DNA of 64,000 bases. Source: a virus. Under the pieces are notes generated by a model. The model saw nothing but the letters and a program-made list of their open reading frames with translations, made no database searches and had not been told where the DNA came from. The DNA lies in the IMG/VR virus record IMGVR_UViG_3300007523_000008, positions 1 through 64,000 of that record. One strand, given 5' to 3'. Shown here in pieces: positions 9,991-19,710 of the stretch; the stretch's first letter is position 1; the number at the start of each line of letters is the position of its first letter. A program made the position numbers and the translations under genes.

Positions 9991-10029
9991 ATTTTGATAT
10001 AAACGATTAGGATTATCTGGAGTCTACTA

Positions 10030-11637
10030 TTAGACCTTATCCAAATCACCGATGATGATTTTTCCATAAAATTCCGGACGAAGCATCTTCTTAGCGTAAC
10101 GGGTCATTACTCCGCGACGTGGTGTGAAGTTAACTGGGTCATACACTAGAGGTGTTTGAATCAATGGAATGTAAGGAGCGTAAACAGCGCCGGTCTCGAG
10201 GAAGTTATTTCCACGGAAACCTACGAGCATTACGTTGTCAGTCATGTATGGGTTCTTGTAAACGGTCCAGCGATTGGAGAGAGCTCCAACCTTGGCCACG
10301 CCCATTGCGAACTTAGCCTGGTCACCATCAGTGTTGGTGGAGAATCCAGGGATAGATTCGATGATTGTTGCGACGTCAGGCGAGCAAACCAAGAAGTTAG
10401 CTCCACCACGAAGGGTGAGCTGGTGAATCTTGTTGGACACCTTTTGAATCTTGTTACCAAGAGTTTGGAACCATGTGCTCTTCACGTAAGCCGTACGGTT
10501 AGTAGCGGTGTCGATGAAAGAACGGGAACCTACGTCGAATTCCTTACCGATAGCAGCCGACCAGTAGTCGGTTGTTACGGCAGGAGCTGCTGTTACCAAC
10601 ATGTCAAGGATTTCGAGGTCGATTTCCATGGAGACGTATTCGGACAGAAGTGCTGTCAATTCTGCTTCAGCGTCGATTGAGTGGTAAGCGTTCAAGTCTT
10701 GAGCCAATTCTGGGGTCCAGACGGCTTTCAACTTACGTGTCTTAGCAACGATTGCCTCAGACTTCAACTCTAGGTTGACTTCTGGGATACCGATGTCGGT
10801 GTTGAGACCGGACGATCCAGCACTAGCTGTTGTGCCAGTGTCTTCAAAGTCGCCACGTGATGTGTCGGCAGGTTGGTTGTGATGAGCAACTGTTCCTGTA
10901 GAAGCACCGGAGACGGAACCGGAAACAACGAATACTACGTTTGTTCCAGATACGGACGTGAAGGCTGGGAAGAAATCTACGATGCCGGAACCGCTGACGG
11001 TAAAGGCGCGAGCACCATTAGCATCGAACGATGTAGCTGACAAGTCAGCTGTGACAGTCCAGATTTTGTTAGCAGCAACCGAAGCGCTGAGGTTAACATC
11101 GAAGTTAACGTCTTCATTTGAACCTGTGGCCCATGTGAAGGTGACGCCTGTAGCGGTTTGGTCATTGATTGTGTAACCGAAACGACCTTGGCCGTAAAGA
11201 CCATTTGTAGCGGAATCCGTAGAACCGAGCTTTGTTCCAGTACCACCGAACAGGGACTGTCCGTTGAATGCTGGTTTACCGGCTTGTGCTGTACCGTACT
11301 TGAAGTCCAAGTAGAACACGAGACCAGATGGGAGATTCATTGGTTGAACCGAAACGAATTCCTTAGCTGCGATTTCTGCGAACACACGACGAACCAATGG
11401 GAGAGCAACGCCGGCCCATTGTTCGGAGTTCGATGTTGTACCTGTACGGGTAGCTTCATCGATAAGTTGCTTTGCTTGATTCTCTAAAAGAATCGCCATG
11501 TGCGACTTGTCCATATCGGACTTGACGCCCTCGAGCAGTCCAGTCTTTTCCCACTTATTGACAAGGCCGCGGGTTTGGGCCATGAGCTGAACCATTGGGT
11601 TCGCTGTCTCACTGAGTAGTGATTTAATATCTGACAT
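10030..11637 (-). CDS. gp23: Major capsid protein, T4 gp23-like
   Basis: LLENQ, PLVRR, VSVQPMNLPSGLVFYL, AKTRKLKAVWTPELAQDLNAYHSIDAEAEL, YAPYIPL, PRRGVMTRY. Confidence 0.97.
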   Translation of the reverse strand: MSDIKSLLSETANPMVQLMAQTRGLVNKWEKTGLLEGVKSDMDKSHMAILLENQAKQLIDEATRTGTTSNSEQWAGVALPLVRRVFAEIAAKEFVSVQPMNLPSGLVFYLDFKYGTAQAGKPAFNGQSLFGGTGTKLGSTDSATNGLYGQGRFGYTINDQTATGVTFTWATGSNEDVNFDVNLSASVAANKIWTVTADLSATSFDANGARAFTVSGSGIVDFFPAFTSVSGTNVVFVVSGSVSGASTGTVAHHNQPADTSRGDFEDTGTTASAGSSGLNTDIGIPEVNLELKSEAIVAKTRKLKAVWTPELAQDLNAYHSIDAEAELTALLSEYVSMEIDLEILDMLVTAAPAVTTDYWSAAIGKEFDVGSRSFIDTATNRTAYVKSTWFQTLGNKIQKVSNKIHQLTLRGGANFLVCSPDVATIIESIPGFSTNTDGDQAKFAMGVAKVGALSNRWTVYKNPYMTDNVMLVGFRGNNFLETGAVYAPYIPLIQTPLVYDPVNFTPRRGVMTRYAKKMLRPEFYGKIIIGDLDKV

Positions 11638-11660
11638 AATTTTTTGTTTCCTTTTAAGGG

Positions 11661-12923
11661 TTATTTGATACGAATACCGGCCAATTTTTGGAAGCGGGAT
11701 GCCATTTCGGCTCCCTCTGTCAATAATGCAGCAGGCTTTGTCGGTTTGGTTGATGCAACTGTTTTCGATGCGAGACCTTCAGTGATGCTCTTAACCGTGG
11801 CCTTCGTGGAAGGCTTGGTCTTGACACCGAAATTAAGCGACTCAGACAACGTAGCGTAGATGAGTTTGGCTTCACGAACCGATTTCGTGAGGTCAAATGA
11901 TTCAATAACACTGAGTTTTTGCTCGTTCGTGAGGCTGGTCTTCTTGAACAACTTGTTCGTGTAGAGCAACTTCGCGTTGAGCAGGTTAACTTCATTGATG
12001 CGGTCCCGTAAATACTGAACAGTGTTACGGTATTCTTGTAATTCCGCTTTCAAGGAAATGTTTTCTTTCATCCATGGTTCTTTATTACCACGGTCTTCTT
12101 TATCTTCTTTTTCCTCTTCCATGTCGTCTTCCTCGTCATCTTCGTCATTATCGTCAGATTCAAAGAGACCGGAGAGGTCAATTTCTTCGTCTTCTTCACA
12201 AACTGCTGGGGCAGCTGGCGCCTCTTGTGGTGCGCCACTTAGTTGTGGTTCGGACAATTCGGATGAAGTAGCTTGATGAACTTCGTTTTCAAGTTCTTTT
12301 AGAATTTCATCGAGCGTTTGATCGTCGATTTCGTCTTCAGCGTCTACTTCTTTAAGTGGGGAGGTGCCGGAGTCGGTCTTCTTCAAGCCTTGGGAAACTT
12401 CCTTCGAAGCTCCTTGTGGGTCTTTGGAGATAGAGGCGACTTCACGGTCAACAATGGTTTTTCCAGCTGTCTTCTCATGTGGTTCACCAGCGGTCAAGCT
12501 TGTAGCAGCCTTTTTAAAGGTCTTTGCTACTGTAGGACCCTGTGGGTCTTCCGTCTTGTGTCCGGTTGGAGCACCTTTAAGAGCGACATCTGTGTCTTCA
12601 CACATGTTTTGATCCACTGAGTCTGGGTTTCCAGCACCAAATGGTTGATATTCTTCGAGTGATTCCTCATCATCGAATGAAGGCTCTTGTGGAGCAACTT
12701 CACCTTCTGGTGGGGCGACGTCGAAGGCTGCTGGGGCTTCAACTGGTAGAGCTGGAGCTTCAAGACTTTCTTCGTCGTCACTGATTTCTTGCTGGAGCTT
12801 TGCAGACAGCATACTTTGAAGTTTAGGCGTGAAAGCCTCTTCAAGAGCTGCGCGAGCGTTGGCAAGAGCTGTTGCTCGGACTGCTTTCGCGTCGGCAATG
12901 GCTGCTTTTAATAGTTCTGACAT
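11661..12923 (-). CDS. Prohead scaffolding (core) protein, gp22-like
   Basis: Acidic low-complexity middle, C-terminal coiled coil (EVNLLNAKLLY...RFQKLAGI), many [ILMV]-x-E sites; directly upstream of the capsid gene. Confidence 0.8.
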   Translation of the reverse strand: MSELLKAAIADAKAVRATALANARAALEEAFTPKLQSMLSAKLQQEISDDEESLEAPALPVEAPAAFDVAPPEGEVAPQEPSFDDEESLEEYQPFGAGNPDSVDQNMCEDTDVALKGAPTGHKTEDPQGPTVAKTFKKAATSLTAGEPHEKTAGKTIVDREVASISKDPQGASKEVSQGLKKTDSGTSPLKEVDAEDEIDDQTLDEILKELENEVHQATSSELSEPQLSGAPQEAPAAPAVCEEDEEIDLSGLFESDDNDEDDEEDDMEEEKEDKEDRGNKEPWMKENISLKAELQEYRNTVQYLRDRINEVNLLNAKLLYTNKLFKKTSLTNEQKLSVIESFDLTKSVREAKLIYATLSESLNFGVKTKPSTKATVKSITEGLASKTVASTKPTKPAALLTEGAEMASRFQKLAGIRIK

Positions 12924-12935
12924 AGTTTTTGTATT

Positions 12936-13004
12936 CCTTTATTAAGGTGAAGCTATTAGAACTTCAAAAGTGGTTAAATCTCACTCGCGCCAAATAGTTA
13001 GCGC
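12936..13004 (-). promoter_or_regulatory. Structured 5' leader of the scaffold-capsid operon (four short hairpins)
   Basis: Stems GCGCTAA/TTGGCGC, AGTG/CACT, TGAAGTT/AGCTTCA and CCTT/AAGG; the last overlaps the AAGGA ribosome-binding site. Confidence 0.45.
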
Positions 13005-13094
13005 ATTTTGTAATGATAAATAGTTAAAATATGTAAAAACTTGATTTTTTTAAAGAAAATATCAATAGTTATTTAGTAATAGCAGAGGCAAAAC

Positions 13095-14741
13095 ATGATA
13101 ACATTAACTTGTAAAAATTGCGGCGAAACATTTCAATCGAGAAAATCATCCAAGACACACTGTTCTAATATGTGCTTCTCAGAGTGGAGAAAAAAGCCGC
13201 AAGTGATAATAGAAACAAACCGTCGCCGGGAAGAAACCACCGTTGCAAAATATGGGGTAAAAAATGTTGCGATGGCTCAGTCGTCTATAGAAAAGGCAAA
13301 GAAAACATGCTTGGAAAAATATGGATGTATATCTCCAACATTGAATGTGGACATAAGAAAAAAACAAATTGTGACATGTGTAGAAAAATATGGAGAGGAT
13401 AATCCTCAAAAAAATAAAGATGTACAATTTCGACAGAGGCAAACACTATTGAAAAATTTTGGCGTTATTGTACCACTAAAGTCTAAGGTAATCTTAGATA
13501 GGATGCAGAAAACAAATCTTGCGAAGTTCGGTGTAGATAATCCATTAAAATCTAAGAAAATTCAAAAAAGAATTAAAAAAACAAATTTTAAAAAATACGG
13601 AACAACGGTCCCAATCAGAAACGCTGATGTGAAAATTCGCCAAAAAGCTACACTTTCACAAACATATTATTTCCAAATAAAAAAACGGTTGGAAGAAAAA
13701 GGGATAGTTCCGCTCTTCAAAGTTGAAGAGTATACTAATATGGTTGGTTACAAGGAATATACTTTTCAGTGTGAAAAATGCAAAAATAAATTTCAAGACT
13801 GTTTAAATCACGGTCACGTTCCACGGTGTACTACTTGCTATCCAACAAATAATAATTCATTATTAGAAAGAGAGGTAAAGGAATTTTTAGAGACTATAGT
13901 TGGAAAAGATGATATAGAAGAAAAAAATAGAACGATACTTTCCGGCCTCGAACTAGATTTTTTAATAAAGTCAAAAAATATTGCTATTGAAGTGAATGGA
14001 AATTACTGGCACTCCGAATTGAACGGTAAAAAATATAAAAATTATCATATCAATAAGACCCAACGGTGTGAGAAACTGGGTATTCATCTTTTGCACATTT
14101 TTGAAGATGAATGGATTAATAAAAGAAATATTATCGAAGACAGAATCCGTCGAATTGTAGGATATGCTACGTCAGAAAATATATACGCTAGACAATGTGA
14201 TATAAAATTAATCACGTCAAAGGAGTCAAACGCTTTTTTAGAAAAAACACACCTCCAAGGAGGAGATAAATCATCTATACGCTACGGGGCTTATTATGAA
14301 AATTCTTTAATTGGAGTAATTACATTCGGGAAACCTCGCATCGCATTGGGTAATAAATTTTATTCTAAAGATGAATATGAATTGTGTCGATTTTGTACAA
14401 CCGGCACCGTTGTTGGGCTTCTATCGAGATTTGTGAGCCGGTTTATTTCTGATCATTCGCCACAGAAAATAACAACATATGCTGATAGGCGATTTTCGAC
14501 AAAATCTAAATGTGCATATTCAAGGGTTGGTTTCGTGTTTGATAAAGAAACACAGCCAAACTACTGGTATCTAAATAAGAGGTATTCAATTCGTGAACAC
14601 CGTTTTAAATATAGAAAGTCTGAATTAAAAAGAATATTAGGTTCCTTTGACAGTACATTGACTGAGTGGGAAAATATGAAAACCGCTGGGTTTGATAGAA
14701 TATGGGATTGTGGTAATTTAAAGTATGTCTGGAATACGTGA
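13095..14741 (+). CDS. Hef-like homing endonuclease (Zn finger, K[YF]G repeats, Vsr-like nuclease, Mom/GNAT-like C-terminus)
   Basis: CKNC...CSNMC; six KYG/KFG/NFG repeats; CEKC...CTTC; ELDFLI...IAIEVNGNYWH; HIFEDEW; ELCRF; TYADRRFS; WDCG. Paralogous to 8309-9893. Confidence 0.85.
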   Translation: MITLTCKNCGETFQSRKSSKTHCSNMCFSEWRKKPQVIIETNRRREETTVAKYGVKNVAMAQSSIEKAKKTCLEKYGCISPTLNVDIRKKQIVTCVEKYGEDNPQKNKDVQFRQRQTLLKNFGVIVPLKSKVILDRMQKTNLAKFGVDNPLKSKKIQKRIKKTNFKKYGTTVPIRNADVKIRQKATLSQTYYFQIKKRLEEKGIVPLFKVEEYTNMVGYKEYTFQCEKCKNKFQDCLNHGHVPRCTTCYPTNNNSLLEREVKEFLETIVGKDDIEEKNRTILSGLELDFLIKSKNIAIEVNGNYWHSELNGKKYKNYHINKTQRCEKLGIHLLHIFEDEWINKRNIIEDRIRRIVGYATSENIYARQCDIKLITSKESNAFLEKTHLQGGDKSSIRYGAYYENSLIGVITFGKPRIALGNKFYSKDEYELCRFCTTGTVVGLLSRFVSRFISDHSPQKITTYADRRFSTKSKCAYSRVGFVFDKETQPNYWYLNKRYSIREHRFKYRKSELKRILGSFDSTLTEWENMKTAGFDRIWDCGNLKYVWNT

Positions 14742-14960
14742 CTCAATAGCAAGGATTTTTCCCGCGCCGTCGTGATTTAATACCAACCGAACGCCATTTA
14801 CATTGAATAGGAATGGACCATTGCCAGAGATTTTAACAATCTCACAGTCTTCATTGAATCCAAATTCACGGACTCGAGTTTGAAAATCAATAGTTCCGAG
14901 AATTGTCAATATGCGGTATCGTGCACCAATCGCCATCTGACAAATTGGTTTGATTACCAT
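14718..14960 (-). CDS. feoA: FeoA-family (ferrous iron transport protein A, SH3-like) protein
   Basis: ICQMAIGARYRILTI...RVREFGFNEDCEIVKI...GPFLFNVNGVRLVLNHDGAGKI matches the FeoA pattern (RLxxxGxxxG, P-hhh-v-g-r-AL...A..I). Confidence 0.75.
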   Translation of the reverse strand: MVIKPICQMAIGARYRILTILGTIDFQTRVREFGFNEDCEIVKISGNGPFLFNVNGVRLVLNHDGAGKILAIESRIPDIL

Positions 14961-14984
14961 GATAAGGAGAACTTAGTTCTTCTT

Positions 14985-15443
14985 TTACTCTCTCATCGGC
15001 GACTGTGCGCCAGCAGAAAGAGAATCCATCTCACCCTCACTAGCCTCAATTTTTGATTCTGCTACATTATCCTTAATATCAAAATATCGATTTAGTACAT
15101 GTCCCATGTCTTCGTAAAGAGCTTCCATACGTTGTTCAACCACGTAACTCTCACGGGCGAGTTTTCCAAATTCACCACTGCAACGGCTGAGTTCCTTCAT
15201 ATTACGGCCGACTGTATTTTTATCAAACATATCTCCGGTTTCGTTCATGGTGAAACGCTCAGCTGATTTGGCAATCTCCTGTAGGGTCTGTGCAATTTCC
15301 ATAAGATTTTGTTCACGTCGAAGCGCCTTACCATACTCGTTGTATTTACCAATCATTTCAAGAGCGGCCTTCTTTTCTTCGAGGGACCAGTCATTTTGTT
15401 TGTTTGCGAATCCTTCTACGAGATTTCTTAGTTTCATGTTCAT
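14985..15443 (-). CDS. Hypothetical helical protein, head region
   Basis: 152 aa; N-terminal MKLRNLVE; YEDMGHVLNRYF. Confidence 0.75.
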   Translation of the reverse strand: MNMKLRNLVEGFANKQNDWSLEEKKAALEMIGKYNEYGKALRREQNLMEIAQTLQEIAKSAERFTMNETGDMFDKNTVGRNMKELSRCSGEFGKLARESYVVEQRMEALYEDMGHVLNRYFDIKDNVAESKIEASEGEMDSLSAGAQSPMRE

Positions 15444-15463
15444 TTGTAATCCTTATGGGTAAA

Positions 15464-16144
15464 TTATGCTGGTGCCTGTTGTTTTCCTATCATGCCACCC
15501 ATCGATGAGAGCAGCTCGGCGACTCCTGGAATATTCTTAAAAGGAATCATTTCGTCTGAAAAATTCTGGAATTCTTCTTGGTCCTGTATTTTTAGCTTCT
15601 GAACCATCTCGGTTGCTAGAGAGTCAATCGTGTTGGTTTTCTGTGCCGAGTCTACAAGTTTTCCAAGAAGGAAACTGGTTCCACCATTTGAATTTAGGTG
15701 TACATAAGATTGCGTTTCGAGTTCCTTTTCAGCTTCACCTTTTTCAGCCTTAGCCTTCTCCAACTCAGCTTTAGCTTTTAGAGCATCATCTTGCGCTTGG
15801 GAGACTTCTTCCCCAGAGTCTTCTGCTGGAGGGGCTTCTTGACCTTGCGGGGCTTGTGGGGCTTTCGGGGCTTCTTGATTGGCAAAAGCGTTGCCGGTTC
15901 CCCGTGGAGGATTTGCCTTTGGCTCGGTTGGACTGCTGGCCGGTTCTTGCTGAGCATCTGCTCCATCCATTTCTGTATCTTGTTCATCAGGTTCTTTAAC
16001 ATCGTTTTGTGCCTCTAGTTTAAGGGTTCTCTTCTTAGACTCTGCAAGCATTCCCCAACTTAAATCGAGGCGGCCAGTTGTTGTCTTGCTTGAAATCTGA
16101 CGTAAGATTTCTTTAAAATTTGGATTGGTTTTGAAGTCACTCAT
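15464..16144 (-). CDS. Hypothetical protein with a Pro/Ala/Gln/Glu-rich linker
   Basis: 226 aa; preceded by the ATATTTATA motif. Confidence 0.7.
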   Translation of the reverse strand: MSDFKTNPNFKEILRQISSKTTTGRLDLSWGMLAESKKRTLKLEAQNDVKEPDEQDTEMDGADAQQEPASSPTEPKANPPRGTGNAFANQEAPKAPQAPQGQEAPPAEDSGEEVSQAQDDALKAKAELEKAKAEKGEAEKELETQSYVHLNSNGGTSFLLGKLVDSAQKTNTIDSLATEMVQKLKIQDQEEFQNFSDEMIPFKNIPGVAELLSSMGGMIGKQQAPA

Positions 16145-16160
16145 GGTTATAAATATGGAA

Positions 16161-16736
16161 TTATTTAGATAAACGACGTTCGTTGATAACTTCGAGTATG
16201 GTTTTTTTGATTATTTCCCTTAATTGTTCGGTGGAAACGTTATTCGCCGGCTCTACTTCAGTATAGTCTATACCGATTAATTTACCGCCGAAGTTAACGT
16301 TCATGTGTTTACTTCCATTAAATAAACGTTGGACCTTTCCAATTTTACCTTCCAATTCCCCCAAGGCTTTACGCCAGGCGAATTGGTTAGTTGTGTATCC
16401 CATATGGGCTGGGACAGAACTGGCGTGTCTTCCCAAGGCATCTTTTCTTAATTTGACTTCATCTCCGATTTTATATGGATTCTTCATTGTAATTGTAATT
16501 GTTTCTAATCTAAATTCTTCTGTTCTATCACCCGTCCCACCACAGTCTGAACATTGAATCTGACCTGATCCATTATTTATACCTGTAGTAAACCAACCTT
16601 GCCCGCCACACGTTTTACAACGCCCAACGGGTTGAGCGCCTGTTCCGGCCTTTACAGACGCTCCACTAAAATCTTGGACTTCTCCGGGCTCTATTTCTAA
16701 ATTCCTCGCAACCTCAGACTGTATTTTGTGAACCAT
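16161..16736 (-). CDS. Hypothetical protein with a DnaJ-type CxxCxGxG zinc-finger pair and an SH3/KOW-like domain
   Basis: CKTCGGQG and CSDCGGTG; YKIGDEVKL...GKIGKVQR; C-terminal QLREIIKKTILE. Confidence 0.65.
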   Translation of the reverse strand: MVHKIQSEVARNLEIEPGEVQDFSGASVKAGTGAQPVGRCKTCGGQGWFTTGINNGSGQIQCSDCGGTGDRTEEFRLETITITMKNPYKIGDEVKLRKDALGRHASSVPAHMGYTTNQFAWRKALGELEGKIGKVQRLFNGSKHMNVNFGGKLIGIDYTEVEPANNVSTEQLREIIKKTILEVINERRLSK

Positions 16737-16762
16737 TTTATAAGACGGAAAATCTTTAAGAA

Positions 16763-17062
16763 TTATTGTAGGTAGTGTTCGTGTGCAATATCATTAACCA
16801 ATTCCCCATTCTCTTCGCCGAATCGTTGACACTCATCTTCCGACAAGGGTGTGCCATCCACATATGATGCCGCTTCGACAAATGAATCTGAAAAATCTGG
16901 ATAATCCCTCGGGTCAACATCACCAATTTTGATTGTACTTGGATCAACAAATCTACCATTAAAAGGAATAGGATGGCCAGACGACTCATTCAGAGTCTTC
17001 TTCTCTTCTCTAATTTCACAAACAATTTCTTTAATCAATTTTTTTAGTTGGCTCTTTTTCAT
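16763..17062 (-). CDS. Hypothetical protein with N-terminal QLKKLIKE motif
   Basis: 99 aa; DVDPRDYPDFSD...DGTPLSEDE. Confidence 0.7.
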   Translation of the reverse strand: MKKSQLKKLIKEIVCEIREEKKTLNESSGHPIPFNGRFVDPSTIKIGDVDPRDYPDFSDSFVEAASYVDGTPLSEDECQRFGEENGELVNDIAHEHYLQ

Positions 17063-17077
17063 AACAGTTGACGCGGG

Positions 17078-17707
17078 TTATCGGGTCTCAGATATAATAT
17101 CTCTGATGATGTTTTCGATGTTCAAATACTTGTCAATCGCTTGGCGGTTTCCTTCACCGAGTAATTTTTTTGAATGGTCGATTGATTCATTCAAATTCAT
17201 GTAAGCTCCGCGTGTTGATGGAGAGGATACTAAGTCAAAGCAGAGAAGCTCGAAATCGTCCTGAACCTCAACAGTGTTCTCTGCCATCTGACGAACCGAA
17301 CCGAGTCCTCTAGAAGAAATACCAAGTCGGACATTATTCTTAACCAATTCACGAGCAATGTTACCCGATGGAGTTGTAAGAATTTCAATTGTTCCTACAA
17401 CATCTTCTCCTTCCCAGTGACATTCGACGATGTTGTGCGATACATTTTTTAAATTGATAACTGACGAATCTGGGTGGTCAAGTTCACCGAGTGCACGCCG
17501 TTCTCTAATAATTTGTTGGTATTTTTCAACCTCGCGTTGGAGAATGTGTTTTGGGTACACACGTCCATTGTGATTCTTTTGACCAGCTTTTTGAAGAATG
17601 CCTTTTAAAGAAAAAACGCCGTTTGTAGACGTTTTTGCTTCGTTAATCATCTGTGGGGTGATTTCGAAGGGGATGAAATCTACCAAGAGTTGTCGTGTTT
17701 CGCTCAT
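17078..17707 (-). CDS. gp21: Prohead protease, T4 gp21-like
   Basis: GILQKAGQKNHNGRVYP, ALGELDHP, VSHNI, ILTTPSGNI, LGISSRGLGS, FDLVSSPS. Confidence 0.95.
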   Translation of the reverse strand: MSETRQLLVDFIPFEITPQMINEAKTSTNGVFSLKGILQKAGQKNHNGRVYPKHILQREVEKYQQIIRERRALGELDHPDSSVINLKNVSHNIVECHWEGEDVVGTIEILTTPSGNIARELVKNNVRLGISSRGLGSVRQMAENTVEVQDDFELLCFDLVSSPSTRGAYMNLNESIDHSKKLLGEGNRQAIDKYLNIENIIRDIISETR

Positions 17708-18282
17708 TATGATCTTCCTATGTTAGCTGGTGAACTAAGCCCCATTGTTTGTGGATAAGCCATGTTGGTTCTTTGTCCAACTCCTGGGTCCTTAGATGGG
17801 TCTTGTGGTGGTGTAACATTTGTTACTTCTGGAGAATCTTGAGAGTCAACTTCTGTGCTTGTTGCTCCAACTTTAATTTTGAATGCTGGATTGACGAAGT
17901 AGTCTTTTTTATCCTTGTCTTTAACGACCACATAGTACTCATCATTCATATACGAAACATCGAGGCCTGTAACCGTGACCGTGTAATCCTTTTGAATTTG
18001 ACCAACAGCACCCTTAGAAGCGCGAACGGTCGCTGTCTTATTTAGAAGATTCTTAGATAGCATTGCTACTAAATTCTTCTTCGCAGCCTCCACTTGTTTA
18101 TCTACAGTAGTTTCAAATGTCTGAAAGTCGCTTAGCACATCATAGTACTTCGTAGCCTCAGATGGTTGATTCGTATCAGGAGCTGATGGTACTGGAGACG
18201 ATGAAGCGTCGGCTGGATTCGCGCCGTTCTGTGCTGTGATTTCCTCTTTGAGAATGTTTTTAGCGATGGTGGATAGTTTCAT
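17707..18282 (-). CDS. Hypothetical head-region protein
   Basis: 191 aa, coupled to the protease gene; N-terminal KLSTIAKNILKE. Confidence 0.7.
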   Translation of the reverse strand: MKLSTIAKNILKEEITAQNGANPADASSSPVPSAPDTNQPSEATKYYDVLSDFQTFETTVDKQVEAAKKNLVAMLSKNLLNKTATVRASKGAVGQIQKDYTVTVTGLDVSYMNDEYYVVVKDKDKKDYFVNPAFKIKVGATSTEVDSQDSPEVTNVTPPQDPSKDPGVGQRTNMAYPQTMGLSSPANIGRS

Positions 18283-18284
18283 AT

Positions 18285-18776
18285 TTATTTTCCTACACGA
18301 TTGATTTTTTTAGCGATATTTTTCAATCGGCTGTGAATTTCTTGGATATCTTGGGCGCTCCGTTTCCAAAGCTGAGACTGATCCACGCCAGTTTCCAACT
18401 TTAACCGCTCACAAATCCCAACTAAAAATTCAACTTCCCGTATAATCTTCTTTGCTTCACGGATACCAAGTGACACTTTAGAGTGGCTCTTCATCACGTT
18501 ACTCTCTCTAAAATTATAATAACGGCCCTTACCTTCTTCCAGGCTTCGTGTAATGATTGATGGATTTTCGATATCTACATCGTCGGTGATTTCTTCGCCG
18601 ACCACTTTTCCTCCTGGCATCGACCGGACGGCAATTTTTTTCTTTCGCTTAGCATCACTTGCTCCACCTTGAAATGCATTCGGTGTGCTATATGGCCCGG
18701 CCGCACCGGAGGTTGTCATCTCTTCGACGACTTCTTCTATAACCTCGCGGATAAGTTTCTTTAGCTCAGCCTTCAT
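18285..18776 (-). CDS. Hypothetical head-region protein
   Basis: N-terminal ELKKLIREVIEE; GPYSTPNAF. Confidence 0.7.
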   Translation of the reverse strand: MKAELKKLIREVIEEVVEEMTTSGAAGPYSTPNAFQGGASDAKRKKKIAVRSMPGGKVVGEEITDDVDIENPSIITRSLEEGKGRYYNFRESNVMKSHSKVSLGIREAKKIIREVEFLVGICERLKLETGVDQSQLWKRSAQDIQEIHSRLKNIAKKINRVGK

Positions 18777-19663
18777 TCCTTGATTGTCTCCAACTCTTTG
18801 ATAAGTTCGTACGAAAGTAGGAGAGCCATGACGTGATTTTCTTTAACTAAGGTTCCCTTAGAAATCTTATCCAACTGATTACACGTCTCATCAAGTTTAA
18901 TTTTGATGACTTCGTTATCAACTACATTCTTCTTTAATTCTAAGATACGGCCTTTGACAGCCGGTATTTCTTGGTTGATATACTGACGGAGTGAATTCGT
19001 GTTACTGATGTTATTGATGTATTCTCTAATCAATACCTTCTGCATGTTATTCAAATTTTTATATTTTTCATTGAAAGAATCCACCAATAATTTATAGGCC
19101 AGTAATCTAACTTCTTCGTTCTGTTGTTTATAGACCTTGATTAAATCTTTCTTTTCTTCTTCTGAAATTAATCGAGTTGGGGTCTTTCCTGCCACCATAC
19201 TCTCAACGATACAATTGCGTGATTTATAAATTTCGCGGGGGTCGCAGGCCTCATTTGTAATAGCCTCTTCAAAAATTTTATAAATCGATGCCAGTAATTT
19301 ATAATTTCCGATTGATCCTTTTAAGAAATCTTCGATTGGATAATTTTCACGGATTTCCTTGATCAACTCATATTTCTGTTTGGTCAACGACGACTCATTT
19401 AGTTTCTTACGAGCGCGAATAACTGTTTCTAAAAGTCTGTCGGCGTGTGAGGAGTCTTTGACCTTTTCTTCAAAAATAATACGGTATAGTCGATTTTCTT
19501 TACCAAGCTCCGTTGTTTCTGTAAAATATTTGCGCAATATTGAGTTTGCTTTTGAATCTTCCGAACCATTTAAAATGTCGGCAGTAACTTGTCTAACAAG
19601 CAATTCAAACAATATGCCGCTGTTGCGGTATTTCGAATGTTTCATTTTTTTAATCGGGGCCAT
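18773..19663 (-). CDS. Helical protein between portal and protease (possible prohead core component)
   Basis: KHSKYRNSGILFELLVRQ, KYELIKEI, FNEKY; function inferred from position only. Confidence 0.7.
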   Translation of the reverse strand: MAPIKKMKHSKYRNSGILFELLVRQVTADILNGSEDSKANSILRKYFTETTELGKENRLYRIIFEEKVKDSSHADRLLETVIRARKKLNESSLTKQKYELIKEIRENYPIEDFLKGSIGNYKLLASIYKIFEEAITNEACDPREIYKSRNCIVESMVAGKTPTRLISEEEKKDLIKVYKQQNEEVRLLAYKLLVDSFNEKYKNLNNMQKVLIREYINNISNTNSLRQYINQEIPAVKGRILELKKNVVDNEVIKIKLDETCNQLDKISKGTLVKENHVMALLLSYELIKELETIKE

Positions 19664-19710
19664 AGAAATCTTACATATAAATATGTCTTAACGTGATAAA
19701 AACTTAATAA

